Assembly (NCBI GenBank): GCA_965249575.1
Contig: OZ252244.1
Span: 2,976,001-3,040,000 of the forward strand
Length of the DNA stretch: 64,000 nucleotides
DNA from: Gemmatimonadales bacterium
Lineage (GTDB): Bacteria; Gemmatimonadota; Gemmatimonadetes; Gemmatimonadales; GWC2-71-9
Direction: 5' to 3'
Under the pieces are notes generated by a model. It was not told where the DNA came from, made no database searches, and was given only the letters and a program-made list of their open reading frames with translations. Positions 1 to 9,660 of this stretch are shown piece after piece. Within the stretch, counting starts at the first letter, position 1. The number at the start of each line of letters is the position of its first letter. Position numbers and translations under genes: made by a program.

Positions 1-306
1 TTCCCGTCCGTGATCCCGATCGGTGGATCGGGATGGTCCGGGTGACGGAGCGACGCGGATCGACGGTTGACATCAATGGGGGAGTGGCAAGCCGGCGAGT
101 TCCCGAAAGAGGTGGCGATTCGACGGCAGCTTGGACTACGCAAGGCGCCTCGTCGACTCTTGGCTGGGAGCCTGACCGAGTCGCTGCTGCCGCGCGAGCC
201 ATTCCGCCACCGACCGTTCGCAGACCTCGCGGTGGCGCTCGCGCACGGGCCGGGTGCACTCACGAGTATGGTCTCAACCCGCATCCGTAAGAGGAGGAAC
301 GAAGAA

Positions 307-489
307 ATGGCGTCCCACGAGAGCGACCACAACACGTGTACGGATTGCGGTGTCAAGATCACGGGGGTCCCCGTGGTCCCCTCCCAGGCGCAAATCGAGA
401 AACTCAAGCCCACGGTCCTCTGCGCCGGGTGCGCGGAAGACCGAGGTCTCACGTTCGATACGCACGTTTTTGGGGGGCCCGGCGACTGA
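307..489 (+). CDS. Small (60 aa) CxxC...CxxC zinc-finger-like protein
   Basis: ATG at 307 follows a GAGGAGG RBS. The product MASHESDHNTCTDCG...LCAGCAED has two Cys pairs. The longer 67..489 ORF start is probably spurious. Confidence 0.6.
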   Translation: MASHESDHNTCTDCGVKITGVPVVPSQAQIEKLKPTVLCAGCAEDRGLTFDTHVFGGPGD

Positions 490-942
490 TACGGCAGCAT
501 GCGGGACTACAGAGACGGAGCGGTCGACCGTGGCATCACTGGTAACAATTCGACCACCATCTGTCCCCTCCACGATCGCGCAGATCAAAGATTGCCAGTA
601 GGCACAACCAGCGGCTCACGGTGGCAAGCTCTGGTTTCACCCGATCCCTAGCATGCAACTGCCTCGCTCAGCGTCCAAAGGCTGACGGGCTCCCCTTCGG
701 GTCGGATGCTGATCTTCCCAGGGAACTTTCGTTCCTCGATATACACGCGCGCTCCAGCTTTCGTGAGATAACGCCAGGGTGCTCCATGGCATATCGTCCG
801 AAGGAACCCGGTCTCCGGCCGCCGCCCAGATCCACTACTCTATCGACTTGTTGGGCCGTCAGAGCCGCACATACCCCTCCTTCGTGACTCAAACGCTGCC
901 GGTCCTCACCGACCTCGTGGTAACTCGTGACGATGTTGGGCG

Positions 943-1347
943 CTAAGGTATCGTCTTCAGAACAGACTGTGCGACATACCCGATCCGTCGATTGTTCGCG
1001 TACGCCGCGTACCAACCATTGGCGAAATCGCCGACCTCCACGGTTGACCCAGCAGGGAGTTGCCGGACGACCGGATGGTTCGTGGACGGTCCCTCGCGTA
1101 CGTTCACCGTGTTCCATGTGTACCGGGTGACTCGCGTCTGGGTTGGTGCTGACTGCGTTCCGGGAGCTAGGTCGTCGCGACCACTAGAGGAGAGGGTCGC
1201 AACCAACATGACGAACAGGAAGACGATTCCGAGGCTCGTTGCCGTGCCCAATCGGGACTTCCCTGGCGCTTTGACTCCGCAGTGAGGACAGGAAGCCGCC
1301 CTCCTGGCCACCTGCTGTCCGCACTCCCGGCAATTCGTCAAGGCCAT
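943..1347 (-). CDS. Zinc-ribbon + transmembrane + bacterial SH3-domain protein
   Basis: N-terminal CRECG...CPHCG, a hydrophobic helix, then an SH3b-like segment (VNVREGPSTNHPVVRQL...GW...GYV). Confidence 0.75.
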   Translation of the reverse strand: MALTNCRECGQQVARRAASCPHCGVKAPGKSRLGTATSLGIVFLFVMLVATLSSSGRDDLAPGTQSAPTQTRVTRYTWNTVNVREGPSTNHPVVRQLPAGSTVEVGDFANGWYAAYANNRRIGYVAQSVLKTIP

Positions 1348-1441
1348 GGTGCACGCTCTGCTCGGTTTACCACAGCGGACCTCATCTTCACGTGATGGGG
1401 ATACCGACGAGCGCCCCGACCTTTATCAGAAAAGCCCTTGC

Positions 1442-1700
1442 TCACAGCGCCAACCTCGGGTTTACCCGGTCCGCCGGCCTTCCGGTCTGCCGTACGGCGA
1501 GCTGGTCCCATTCAATGACGCGGCGCTTGACATCTTCTTCGGTCTCGTCGGCTGCGGAGCGGAACGCCGAACGCCACATCCCGTCCACCTCGACCATCCA
1601 CATCGCGTGTGCGGGGAATATGCCCACCGGCGCAACATGACACCGGTACGTGCGTTCACCATGGGTGAACTCGACCTGATGGATGTATGATACGCACGGT
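1442..1700 (-). CDS. Hypothetical small protein (start uncertain)
   Basis: Protein-like C-terminal part (QVEFTHGERTYRCH...WMVEVDG...VIEWD) of the 1442..1813 ORF. A GGGAGG RBS lies near 1705 but there is no clean in-frame start. Confidence 0.35.
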
Positions 1701-2543
1701 ATCCTCCCGCCTGACGTGAACTGGATCACGTTTCCTGTGAGTGACCAGCGGTCTCGTCGCCGGGCGGGCGTCCTGCGGGGCGTCAGTACGGCGGCGGGGC
1801 CAGCGTCGGCCACCGGCGTGATTCTTCATACTGAAGCCTGGTTCAAGGGGCGGCAAGAGTGGCGCGCAGGCAATACGCTGGGAGGTCCCCCAGATCGCGT
1901 GTCAAACGCCGCAGAGGGCCATGGCTCTATTCCACGGACTCGGCAGAGATCGAACATCACTCCCGTTCTGCTAATCTGACCGCCGGTCATTGGCCCAGAC
2001 CCGGTGTTATCAAGAACGACACTTGGCCGACCAACGGGGAGATGCGGACTACGACCGGGTGGTGGGGAAGTGACGGTCCAATCGCACTGAACGCAGAACT
2101 ACTGCTCATCCTGACGTTGGAGCCATTGCGTAACCACCGCCACGCACCGATCGCGCACACGATCGGTGATATCGCCTTGACTGCGGACGGAGTTGAGCGT
2201 CCTCTGGAGACGCCGCTCAAGTCGCCGTCGTTCGCGAACACGAAACCCGCCCCAGAACAACTCCACCAGGCCCGCAAGACGGTCAGGCCACCGGCCCTCC
2301 ATGACCAGGAGGTCCTCGGGGAGCCTCCGGGCCCGCTCCGGATCCGCTGGGCCGATCGGGGTTACCTCCGGAGGTGGCGGACAAAGAGATGACCGTGATC
2401 CTGTAGCAGAGCCCACCACGAGGACGTCCTCCCGTTGTCCGAACCACTGATCGCTCATGATCGGAATCCTTGGTGAGGATCCAGGTCCGTTGGGGGCTCG
2501 GCTCGGGCGCAGCCGCAAAGGTCGTCGTTCATCACGGGCGTGC

Positions 2544-2834
2544 CTACGTCCCCGCGGGCTGCCGCGGCGCACCATCTGCCAGAACGTTGTACACCTCGCC
2601 GATGTGCGGCCGGCCGACATCCACGCCGGCCTCCCGGAAGGCAGCCATCACCGTCTCTCGAAACGCGTTGAAGGCCTCCTCCGATTCCCACACCTCGACG
2701 ACCCGCAGGTTTTCCGGTCGGCCAAGACACACGTGGTGGATGCGTCCAGGCGGTTGATCATCAACGCGCCGGAGCACCTCATCGTAGAGCTTCGCCGTCA
2801 TCCCGGCGGGAGTGAAGAACAGGGCGATCGCCAT
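2544..2834 (-). CDS. Small dimeric alpha+beta barrel (ABM-like) protein
   Basis: 96 aa with a VVEVWESEEAFNAF motif typical of ABM-like folds; a sigma54-type promoter lies upstream. Confidence 0.7.
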   Translation of the reverse strand: MAIALFFTPAGMTAKLYDEVLRRVDDQPPGRIHHVCLGRPENLRVVEVWESEEAFNAFRETVMAAFREAGVDVGRPHIGEVYNVLADGAPRQPAGT

Positions 2835-2903
2835 CGGTACGCACCGTTTCGTAGGTTACTAGGGTGACGGGAATGCCGAACGACTTCGTCCCGTCAATGC
2901 CAC

Positions 2904-2919
2904 GCAAAGGGTGTACCAA
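2904..2919 (-). promoter_or_regulatory. Sigma54 (-24/-12) promoter
   Basis: Minus strand reads TTGGTACACCCTTTGC, matching TGGCAC-N5-TTGC with correct spacing, about 70 nt upstream of the 2834 start. Confidence 0.65.
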
Positions 2920-3336
2920 GGATCGGTCGAATAGGAGGGAGTTAAGTCCCTGTCAGATACAGCGATAGCGTGAGTGACCCACGTCACACGAGGGCTCACT
3001 CGACATTCGGCAACAAATGTCGCGATCCGCGGAGACCGGCCACGCCACGTCTCGCTCGCTGCATGATCGACTCCTCAGGATGTCACTCGGAGCGTCCACT
3101 GACGACGAGATACCGCTGGCAGGCGCGGCAGCGCACCAGGACGCAATGCACCCGTCCTTTGGTCCGTGGCGGGGCCCGTGGAAGCTCAGGCGGTTCTCGC
3201 ACCGCGGGCAGGGCACAGTTGCATCGGGGGTGAGCGCCTGCTTGCGGAGGGTGCGAATTGGGAGTGCGAAACGAGCGTCCGTATGTGCGGGTCAGCCATA
3301 GCCGGCCCTGAGACGACGGCGGCACGCGGAGCGGTG

Positions 3337-3855
3337 TCACAAGTCTTCCCACACCCAGACGTCCTTGCCGGTGGCGTCGAACCTGTAGCGACTCACGGTG
3401 ATATACTGAAACTCTCCCTCGCCTCCACGCTTGTACAGGCCGAGCATGTAGTCGTTCTCAATCACCAGCTTCTTTTCCTTCCAGAGCAACCCAACATCTC
3501 CGAGTATCGTGTCGATGGCTTCCCACGCCGGAGCCAACTGACCCGCGTTGGCCCGGTCAACCTCCACGATACAAACGCCCCACGTCTGGGCCAGCGGGAA
3601 GCGAGACTCGTCGAGATAGTCTTTGGCATGTGTCAGCAACACGCGTCTACTCGCAGCCGATCGCTTGAAGTGAAACGCATGGTTGCATCCAAGCAGGCCG
3701 CGTTCCGCGGCCGTCTCCACCTCGTACTGCCGGGACCGAAGGACGCCAATGATCGCCCCGGCAACGTCCTCGTCCGCATAAAACCTCACGCTCCGAGCGG
3801 CTTGGTCCACTTCACCGATTTCTGCCCGATCAGCTACCAGCTTAACCCAGACCAT
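3337..3855 (-). CDS. DUF5615/VapC45-like PIN-domain protein, orphan and with a degenerate active site
   Basis: RFYADEDV...EVETA...RRVLLTHAKDY resembles the DUF5615 pattern; no antitoxin-like gene is adjacent. Confidence 0.65.
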   Translation of the reverse strand: MVWVKLVADRAEIGEVDQAARSVRFYADEDVAGAIIGVLRSRQYEVETAAERGLLGCNHAFHFKRSAASRRVLLTHAKDYLDESRFPLAQTWGVCIVEVDRANAGQLAPAWEAIDTILGDVGLLWKEKKLVIENDYMLGLYKRGGEGEFQYITVSRYRFDATGKDVWVWEDL

Positions 3856-4072
3856 TCTTCAGAAGGCTACCGATTCCGAAAGAGTCTCCGCAAGGACGGC
3901 TCGCTCATTACCGGGTGCCGGTACGAGTAGGGGAACGCGGACAGCACGCGGCTCGGAAGTGGACCAACCGGAGCCCGCGTCACGGAAGGCCGAGCGCCTC
4001 TCTAGCCAACCGTTGCTCTCCCATGCATCTTCGACACCCTAGTTCCCTATTGCGTACTGAGCCCGGAGGGTA

Positions 4073-4903
4073 CTGCTCACGCCCTACACGACGAAACCTG
4101 ACAGAAGCACGTCCTCGGTCACTCGCCACTTCACCAGTGTAGCCCAGCACTACCGCGGGCTGCGCGATCTGGATGAGCGCTCTGCCCGCCGGGTCGCGGC
4201 GATGTTGGCGGCTCTCGCGCGGCCAGGCGCTCAGCTCCGCGCCCTCGACGTCGGAGCGGGAACGGGACGATACACCGAGGCGGTGCTTACCAAGCTCGCG
4301 GCGGACTACGGCCTCGGGTGCGCCACCGTGGCCTACGATGTCAACCGGAGGATGTTGGTCAGCACCGTCGAGGCAGCCGGCGACACTGACGTGTCGTTGG
4401 CGCGGGTCGTGGGGCTCGCCGAGACCCTGCCGTTTCGGGACGCGGCGTTCGACGCGGTCCTCTCGTTCAACGCGGTCCACCATTTTGATCTCCACACATT
4501 TCTCGCGGCAGCCGCCGGGGTGCTGCGGCGTGACGGATGCTTGATCGTGTACACGCGGAGTCCGGAGCAGAACCGGCGGACGGTGTGGGGCACACTGTTC
4601 CCCCACTTCGCGGAACGCGAAACGCGCCTCTTTGGCAAGGAGGAGCTACGGAGGGTCTTGGCGAGCCACGCGGATTTCTCCTCGGTAACGCTTGAAACCG
4701 TGCCCTGGACCGTGCGGACGACGGCGGTTCGACTGGTGGAGCAGGCAACCGGTCGCTACTACTCGACGTTCAGCTTCTACACACCGGGGGAGTTCAGCGC
4801 GGCGCTCGCCACCTTCGAAGCGCGGCTCGCCACAGCCTTCGCCGATCCCTCAAAGGTCATCGTGCAGAACGACCATCTGCTGCTCGTCGCCCGGCGCCGT
4901 TAG
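4073..4903 (+). CDS. Class I SAM-dependent methyltransferase (start uncertain; ATG at 4202, frame open from 4061)
   Basis: LDVGAGTGRY motif I, AETLPFRDAAFDAV, and NAVHHF. The frame is open upstream of the ATG, with GGAGG at 4065. Confidence 0.85.
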   Translation: MLTPYTTKPDRSTSSVTRHFTSVAQHYRGLRDLDERSARRVAAMLAALARPGAQLRALDVGAGTGRYTEAVLTKLAADYGLGCATVAYDVNRRMLVSTVEAAGDTDVSLARVVGLAETLPFRDAAFDAVLSFNAVHHFDLHTFLAAAAGVLRRDGCLIVYTRSPEQNRRTVWGTLFPHFAERETRLFGKEELRRVLASHADFSSVTLETVPWTVRTTAVRLVEQATGRYYSTFSFYTPGEFSAALATFEARLATAFADPSKVIVQNDHLLLVARRR

Positions 4904-5082
4904 GATTCCTGGACACCATCACGCCGCACATCGTCCTCGGACCGGTGGGCATCCGGTCCCGTGCCTCGCCCGTCGTAATGCTACAGTGGAAAGTTGAAAA
5001 CTGACGTATGGAACCCGGCCGAACGACGATCGTGCCAGGCGGGACCCGGCAGGCACGGTGAGAGGCGGCAGGGGCGCGTGAC

Positions 5083-6639
5083 GTGATGCTGGACGTGAGC
5101 ATCCTCCTCGCCTACTTCGCCGTCATCATGGCCATCGGCGTTCGCGCGCGGATGCGCGAGGGCGTCGGCACCGAGGAGTATTTCTTGAGCGCGCGGTCGC
5201 TCAAGTGGCCGTCGATTGCGATGTCGACCATCGCGACCAATATCCACGCCAACCACTTCATCGGGATGGCCGGCGCGGCGTACCTCTACGGGCTGGCGCA
5301 AGCCAACCTTGAGATCAATGCCATCTTCGGCATTCTGATTGCCACCTTTTTCTTCGTCCCGTTGTACCTGCGAATGAAGGTCGTCACCATTACGCAGTTC
5401 TTCGAGGCGAAGCTCGGCGCCCCGGTCGCGCTGGCGTATTCGATTCTCATGATCGTCCTGTACTCGGTCCTCTACCTCGGGACCGCGTTGTTCTGGGCGG
5501 CCTACGCGATCGATGGGGTCTTCGGGGACGGGGTGGCCGTGCTGCATTCCGATCCAATTGTCCGGCTCGGCATTCTTATCGTCGGCACGGGGGTCTTCTC
5601 GGCGGTCTATACCTATCTGGGTGGGCTGCGAGCGGTCGTGCGGACCGACATCGCGCAGCTCCTCCTCCTCGTTGGGGGAGGACTGATCACCCTCTCGGCG
5701 GCCGTCCACCATCTCGGGGGATGGTCGAGTCTGTGGACCACCACGGGCGATCTCATGCACTTGCATCTGCCGCGAGATCACGAGACGCTGCCGTGGATCG
5801 GACTGTTTGGGATGTTCCTCTTGAACCTCAACTACTGGGGAGCGAATCAAGTCATCCTGCAGCGCGCGCTGGCGGCCAAGAATCTGCGACACGCGCAGAT
5901 CGGGCTCCTGGTAGGAGGCCTGCTGAAGTACTTGATGGTGCTCATCATCATCGTGCCGGGCATCGCGCTCGCCGGTATTCTTCGGGAGCACCCCCTCGAC
6001 GATCCCGATCTGGCGTATCTGACGCTGGTGAACACGCTCCTCCCCGCCGGCGTCCGGGGACTCATCCTGTGCGGGTTGTTCGCCTCACTCATGAGTACGC
6101 TGGATTCGATTTACAACTCGGTCTCGACCTTGTGGGCGATTGACATCTACAAGCGGTACCTCAGGCCGGATGCCTCCGACGGCCAGGTCGTGCGCGCCGG
6201 CAAGCTCGCGATCATCGCGACACTGGTCACCGGCGTGCTATTCAGCTTCATCGTGGTCTACGTCAAGTATGGCAATCCCCAATTTCCCCTGACCCACTGG
6301 TTCAACGAGCTGTCTTACTATGTCAAGAACGGCTTCGTGCTCCTCGTCATGGCGGCCGTCTTTCTCGTGAATCCGTCCAAGCGCCTTGTGCTCGCCACGT
6401 TCTTATCCAGCGTGGCGGTGACGTACCTCATGAACGTGTACTTTGAAGCGATGAACTACTTTGTGCGTTCAGGTTGGGTGATCGTGCTCACGTTCGCGAT
6501 GGTGGCCATTCCCACGATGCTCAGGAATGGTTGGCGTGTGCCGCTCAGCGACCTGCTCACGGTCTCAAGCAGCACGGCGGCTCGGTTCGGCACCGCGTTG
6601 CTGGGATCGCTTGTTCTTTCCCACATCGTGTTCCACTAA
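5083..6639 (+). CDS. Sodium:solute symporter (SSS family), sugar/inositol-like subgroup
   Basis: Many TM helices; YFLSARSL, FIGMAG, YTYLGGLRAVVRTD, NQVILQRALAA and ASLMST motifs. Confidence 0.9.
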   Translation: MMLDVSILLAYFAVIMAIGVRARMREGVGTEEYFLSARSLKWPSIAMSTIATNIHANHFIGMAGAAYLYGLAQANLEINAIFGILIATFFFVPLYLRMKVVTITQFFEAKLGAPVALAYSILMIVLYSVLYLGTALFWAAYAIDGVFGDGVAVLHSDPIVRLGILIVGTGVFSAVYTYLGGLRAVVRTDIAQLLLLVGGGLITLSAAVHHLGGWSSLWTTTGDLMHLHLPRDHETLPWIGLFGMFLLNLNYWGANQVILQRALAAKNLRHAQIGLLVGGLLKYLMVLIIIVPGIALAGILREHPLDDPDLAYLTLVNTLLPAGVRGLILCGLFASLMSTLDSIYNSVSTLWAIDIYKRYLRPDASDGQVVRAGKLAIIATLVTGVLFSFIVVYVKYGNPQFPLTHWFNELSYYVKNGFVLLVMAAVFLVNPSKRLVLATFLSSVAVTYLMNVYFEAMNYFVRSGWVIVLTFAMVAIPTMLRNGWRVPLSDLLTVSSSTAARFGTALLGSLVLSHIVFH

Positions 6640-6848
6640 GGGCGGCTCGAGTGAAAAGGCAAGACTATCAATGTGCTTCAGCTCCCGGCACCCGCGGTCC
6701 CCCGGGACCTGGGGGCCGCCCGCCGGTCGGTTGGCCGGTGCGTTACGTGGCGTGACAGGGGAGACTGCGATTCCATGAAGGAGGAGACATCCCGCTCCCA
6801 GGGGCATTCCAGTGGAAAGACCCGCACCAAGTATATTTGCTGGTCCTG

Positions 6849-6931
6849 GCCCGAGTGGCGAAATGGCAGACGCGCCGGACTCAGTGTCCGGTGGGGGCAA
6901 CCCCGTGTGAGTTCGACTCTCACCTCGGGCG
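6849..6931 (+). tRNA. tRNA-Leu(CAG)-like, class II, atypical (U37, G38, discriminator G, no encoded CCA)
   Basis: Acceptor GCCCGAG/CTCGGGC; D arm GCG-AAATGGCAGA-CGC; anticodon arm CCGGA-CTCAGTG-TCCGG; variable arm GGGG-GCAA-CCCC; T arm GTGAG-TTCGACT-CTCAC. Confidence 0.85.
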
Positions 6932-6954
6932 GGGCACGGTGTCAAGGAAACCAT

Positions 6955-7116
6955 CTAGCGTTGTTGTTCGTGCCGGCGACGATTGGTACGGCAGCTGGGG
7001 CAACGGACCATCCGGAAGCGGTCGGGGAGGAAGTCGTCACCACAATCGCGGCACCGTAAGGGCCACTTCCTAAGCCTGCGTGCGTGAGCCCCACGGACCG
7101 CCTCGACATTGTTCAC
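6955..7116 (-). CDS. Putative small basic zinc-finger protein
   Basis: CRDCG...CPSC within the last ~53 codons of the 6955..7428 ORF; the GTG start at 7116 is a guess. Confidence 0.35.
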   Translation of the reverse strand: MNNVEAVRGAHARRLRKWPLRCRDCGDDFLPDRFRMVRCPSCRTNRRRHEQQR

Positions 7117-7369
7117 ATTCGCGTGTCGGGGATGCTCACCGGGTTCCACCGCAGGAACCGGTGGGCAGGGACCGTCACGCGCAGGGTCAGGCGCACGCGT
7201 CACGAGCTCGACCGGAGGGTGCTCAACCGGCTGCGATCGTCTGACGCACCGCTCGGTCGCGACTGCCAATGGACGTGCTCGGCCTGTTCGGTCCGGCGCC
7301 CAGGCGAGCACCCGGCGCGAGTCCTGGTCCAGCACGCCGCGGGACCACACACGGGAGTAGAGGGCACCC

Positions 7370-7500
7370 ATGGACCTGATCAGCCTCTTAGGCATACCGG
7401 CGATTGTCGCTGGCGTGATCCTGCTCATCGCCGTGTGGTGGTTGTTCAGCTACGTTCCCCTCCGGCTGTGGGTCGCGGCGGCGCTCCGGCGCCGACGCAT
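7370..7500 (+). pseudogene. Possible remnant of the N-terminus of a FloA/YqfA flotillin-like protein
   Basis: A TM helix followed by LFSYVPLRLWVAA resembles the FloA FxxVPxxLWxxA motif; the sequence after it is not protein-like. Confidence 0.35.
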
Positions 7501-7752
7501 ATCGACGTGCCGTCCTATTGGATCCGGCCGGTCGATGTCTAGGCCGGCCCCAGCTCCCCGAGACGAGCCGGGCGCGGAGCTCACCAGGCATCGACGGTGC
7601 GAAGCCGGGGTGCGTAGCGTCCGTCATGCGACCGTGTTACCGATTGCTACCGAGAGGGGAGGGACCAGGGAACCGATGCAGCAGCCAACGACTCTAACCC
7701 GTGGTCTCACCTACCTCTTCCCACCCAGCGTGTTCCCCGCCAGGGCAAATAC

Positions 7753-8388
7753 TCACGGTATGCCCAGCAGCTTGTGCGTCTGAAGGCTGAGCTTCCAACG
7801 GGGGTGCTCGGCACAGTAGCTCGCGGCAAGGTCGGTGTTCCGCTCTCGCTCCGGACCATCCATGGGCTGCAGGAAGAAATGCCGGAAGTCGAGCGACTCG
7901 AACTCGGGTGGCTCGGCGTCGTCTTGCGGATATACGAGCTTGAGCTCGTCTCCCGATGCGACCACGAGGCCCGCTCCAGCTTTGGGGCTCACGCAGATCC
8001 AGTCCACGCCCTCTGGAACCGGCAGCGTTCCGTTCGTCTCCAGCGCGATCTCGAGTCCTTGCTGGTGCAGCGCGTCGATGAGATCCCGGTCCAGCTGTAG
8101 TAGCGGCTCGCCGCCCGTGCAAACGACGAAAGCGTCGTAGCCGGTACCCTCCGGCCATTTCATGCGGACGGCCGAAGCGAGCGCGGCTGCCGACGCAAAC
8201 CTCCCGCCGCCCGGGCCGTCGGTCCCGACGAACTCGGTGTCGCAGAACCGGCAGACGGCGTCCGCTCGATCGCGCTCGTGGCCCGACCAGAGGTTGCATC
8301 CCGCAAACCGGAGGAAAACGGCCGGCCGGCCGGTATTCGCCCCCTCCCCCTGGAGTGTGAAGTAGATCTCCTTGACGGTGTAGGTCAT
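7753..8388 (-). CDS. queE: 7-carboxy-7-deazaguanine synthase
   Basis: [22 protein letters not shown]...CRFCDT (long CX14CX2C spacing), [13 protein letters not shown] and LSLQTHK. Confidence 0.95.
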   Translation of the reverse strand: MTYTVKEIYFTLQGEGANTGRPAVFLRFAGCNLWSGHERDRADAVCRFCDTEFVGTDGPGGGRFASAAALASAVRMKWPEGTGYDAFVVCTGGEPLLQLDRDLIDALHQQGLEIALETNGTLPVPEGVDWICVSPKAGAGLVVASGDELKLVYPQDDAEPPEFESLDFRHFFLQPMDGPERERNTDLAASYCAEHPRWKLSLQTHKLLGIP

Positions 8389-9083
8389 CGGGCGCGCGCC
8401 GAGGTGGCGGGGGTTGCCGGGTCGGCCACTCCGGCCTCGACGAATCCCTTGAGTCTCAAGGCGCACGCGTCGCACCGTCCGCATGCCTCACCTTTAGGAC
8501 CGGGGTCGTAGCAGCTTCTCGTGAGTGCGAAATCGACGCCGAGCTCCAATCCTCGCTCGACGATCGTTTTTTTGGAAAGCGAGACGAGTGGGGCGTGTAT
8601 CCTGAGCTTCTGCTTTCCCTCCACGCCGGCCTTGGTGGCGAGATCCGCCATTTTTTGAAAGGCAGCCAGGTATTCGGGCCGGCAGTCGGGGTAGCCGCTG
8701 TAGTCCAACGCATTCACGCCGATGAAGACGTCGCTCGCGCCCAACACCTCGGCCCACGCGAGTGCGAACGAGAGAAAGATCGTGTTCCGCGCCGGCACGT
8801 AGGTGTTTGGAATATCACTGGCAGAATCGGCGGCGCGGTCCTTGGGGACCGGGATGTCATCAGTAAGGGCGGACCCCCCGAACGCACGCAGATCGATATC
8901 CAGCACGACGTGCTGCTGCACGCCGATCTGGTGCGCTACGGCTCGCGCTGCATCGACCTCTACGGCATGGCGCTGCCCGTATCGAAACGTGAGCGCGTGG
9001 GCGTCATAACCCTCCGCGCACGCAATCGCCGCTGTCACGGCGGAGTCCATCCCGCCGCTCAACAGGGCCACAGCCTTCGGCAT
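8385..9083 (-). CDS. queC: 7-cyano-7-deazaguanine synthase
   Basis: [29 protein letters not shown] and SCY...CGRCDAC. Confidence 0.96.
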   Translation of the reverse strand: MPKAVALLSGGMDSAVTAAIACAEGYDAHALTFRYGQRHAVEVDAARAVAHQIGVQQHVVLDIDLRAFGGSALTDDIPVPKDRAADSASDIPNTYVPARNTIFLSFALAWAEVLGASDVFIGVNALDYSGYPDCRPEYLAAFQKMADLATKAGVEGKQKLRIHAPLVSLSKKTIVERGLELGVDFALTRSCYDPGPKGEACGRCDACALRLKGFVEAGVADPATPATSARAR

Positions 9084-9243
9084 GCTTGAAAAGTAAGCCG
9101 TACCTCTCGCCGAGTAAGAGGGGAAAAGGGGGCCGAATGCTGCCTCGTTGCGACAGGTAGCGTGGGATGCCGGGTTTCGGCCATCTTTAGGGCGCTTCCG
9201 CGGCGACGGGCGTCGCGGTTGTCGCGCCAATCCGAGTCGAGAC

Positions 9244-9660
9244 ATGGCTGACGACCACCCGACCCTTCCAGCAGCAGGCCCTTTCCCCCGACCCAGCTCC
9301 CCGGAGGAGGCCCGCGGCGTGCTCAAGGCCGAGGCCTTTCCGGCACCGACGGTGCGCGAAGTCACGCTCCACGCGACCGAGTTCACGGCCCTGTGCCCTC
9401 GGACCGGCCAGCCGGACTTCGGGTCCGTGGTGATCCGGTACGAGCCAGGGGACCGCTGTCTCGAGTCGCGGGCGCTCAAGTACTATCTCTGGTCGTTCCG
9501 GAACGAGGGGGCCTTTTGCGAGAGCCTCGCGGCCAGGATCGCCGATGACGTCGTGTACGCGATCGGACCAAAGCGGGTCACAGTGACCGTCAACCAGAAC
9601 GTCCGCGGTGGGATCGCCATCGTCGCGGTGGCGGAGCGCGGGCCAACGGGAAGCGTGTGA
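9244..9660 (+). CDS. queF: preQ0 nitrile reductase (short, unimodular type)
   Basis: [23 protein letters not shown] QueF motif and RGGI. Confidence 0.92.
   Translation: MADDHPTLPAAGPFPRPSSPEEARGVLKAEAFPAPTVREVTLHATEFTALCPRTGQPDFGSVVIRYEPGDRCLESRALKYYLWSFRNEGAFCESLAARIADDVVYAIGPKRVTVTVNQNVRGGIAIVAVAERGPTGSV

Noticed and set aside
1859..2620. Overlapping ORFs 1859..2392 (+) and 2099..2620 (-)
   Set aside because: No motif, RBS or convincing composition identifies either as real, so they were left unannotated.
6879..6886. Reading the tRNA anticodon as UCA (Sec or opal suppressor)
   Set aside because: The stem register CCGGA/TCCGG fixes the anticodon as CAG, and the 7/5 acceptor/T-stem geometry is not tRNA-Sec-like.
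1..7700. Prophage or integrative element at the tRNA
   Set aside because: No integrase, phage structural gene or duplicated tRNA 3' end is found in the window.
9084..9243. preQ1 riboswitch between queC and queF
   Set aside because: No short stem with an A-rich 3' tail matching preQ1-I is visible on either strand.
7753..9660. Dpd-type 7-deazaguanine DNA modification island
   Set aside because: No dpdA/tgt-like or other dpd genes are present, and queF indicates the tRNA queuosine route.
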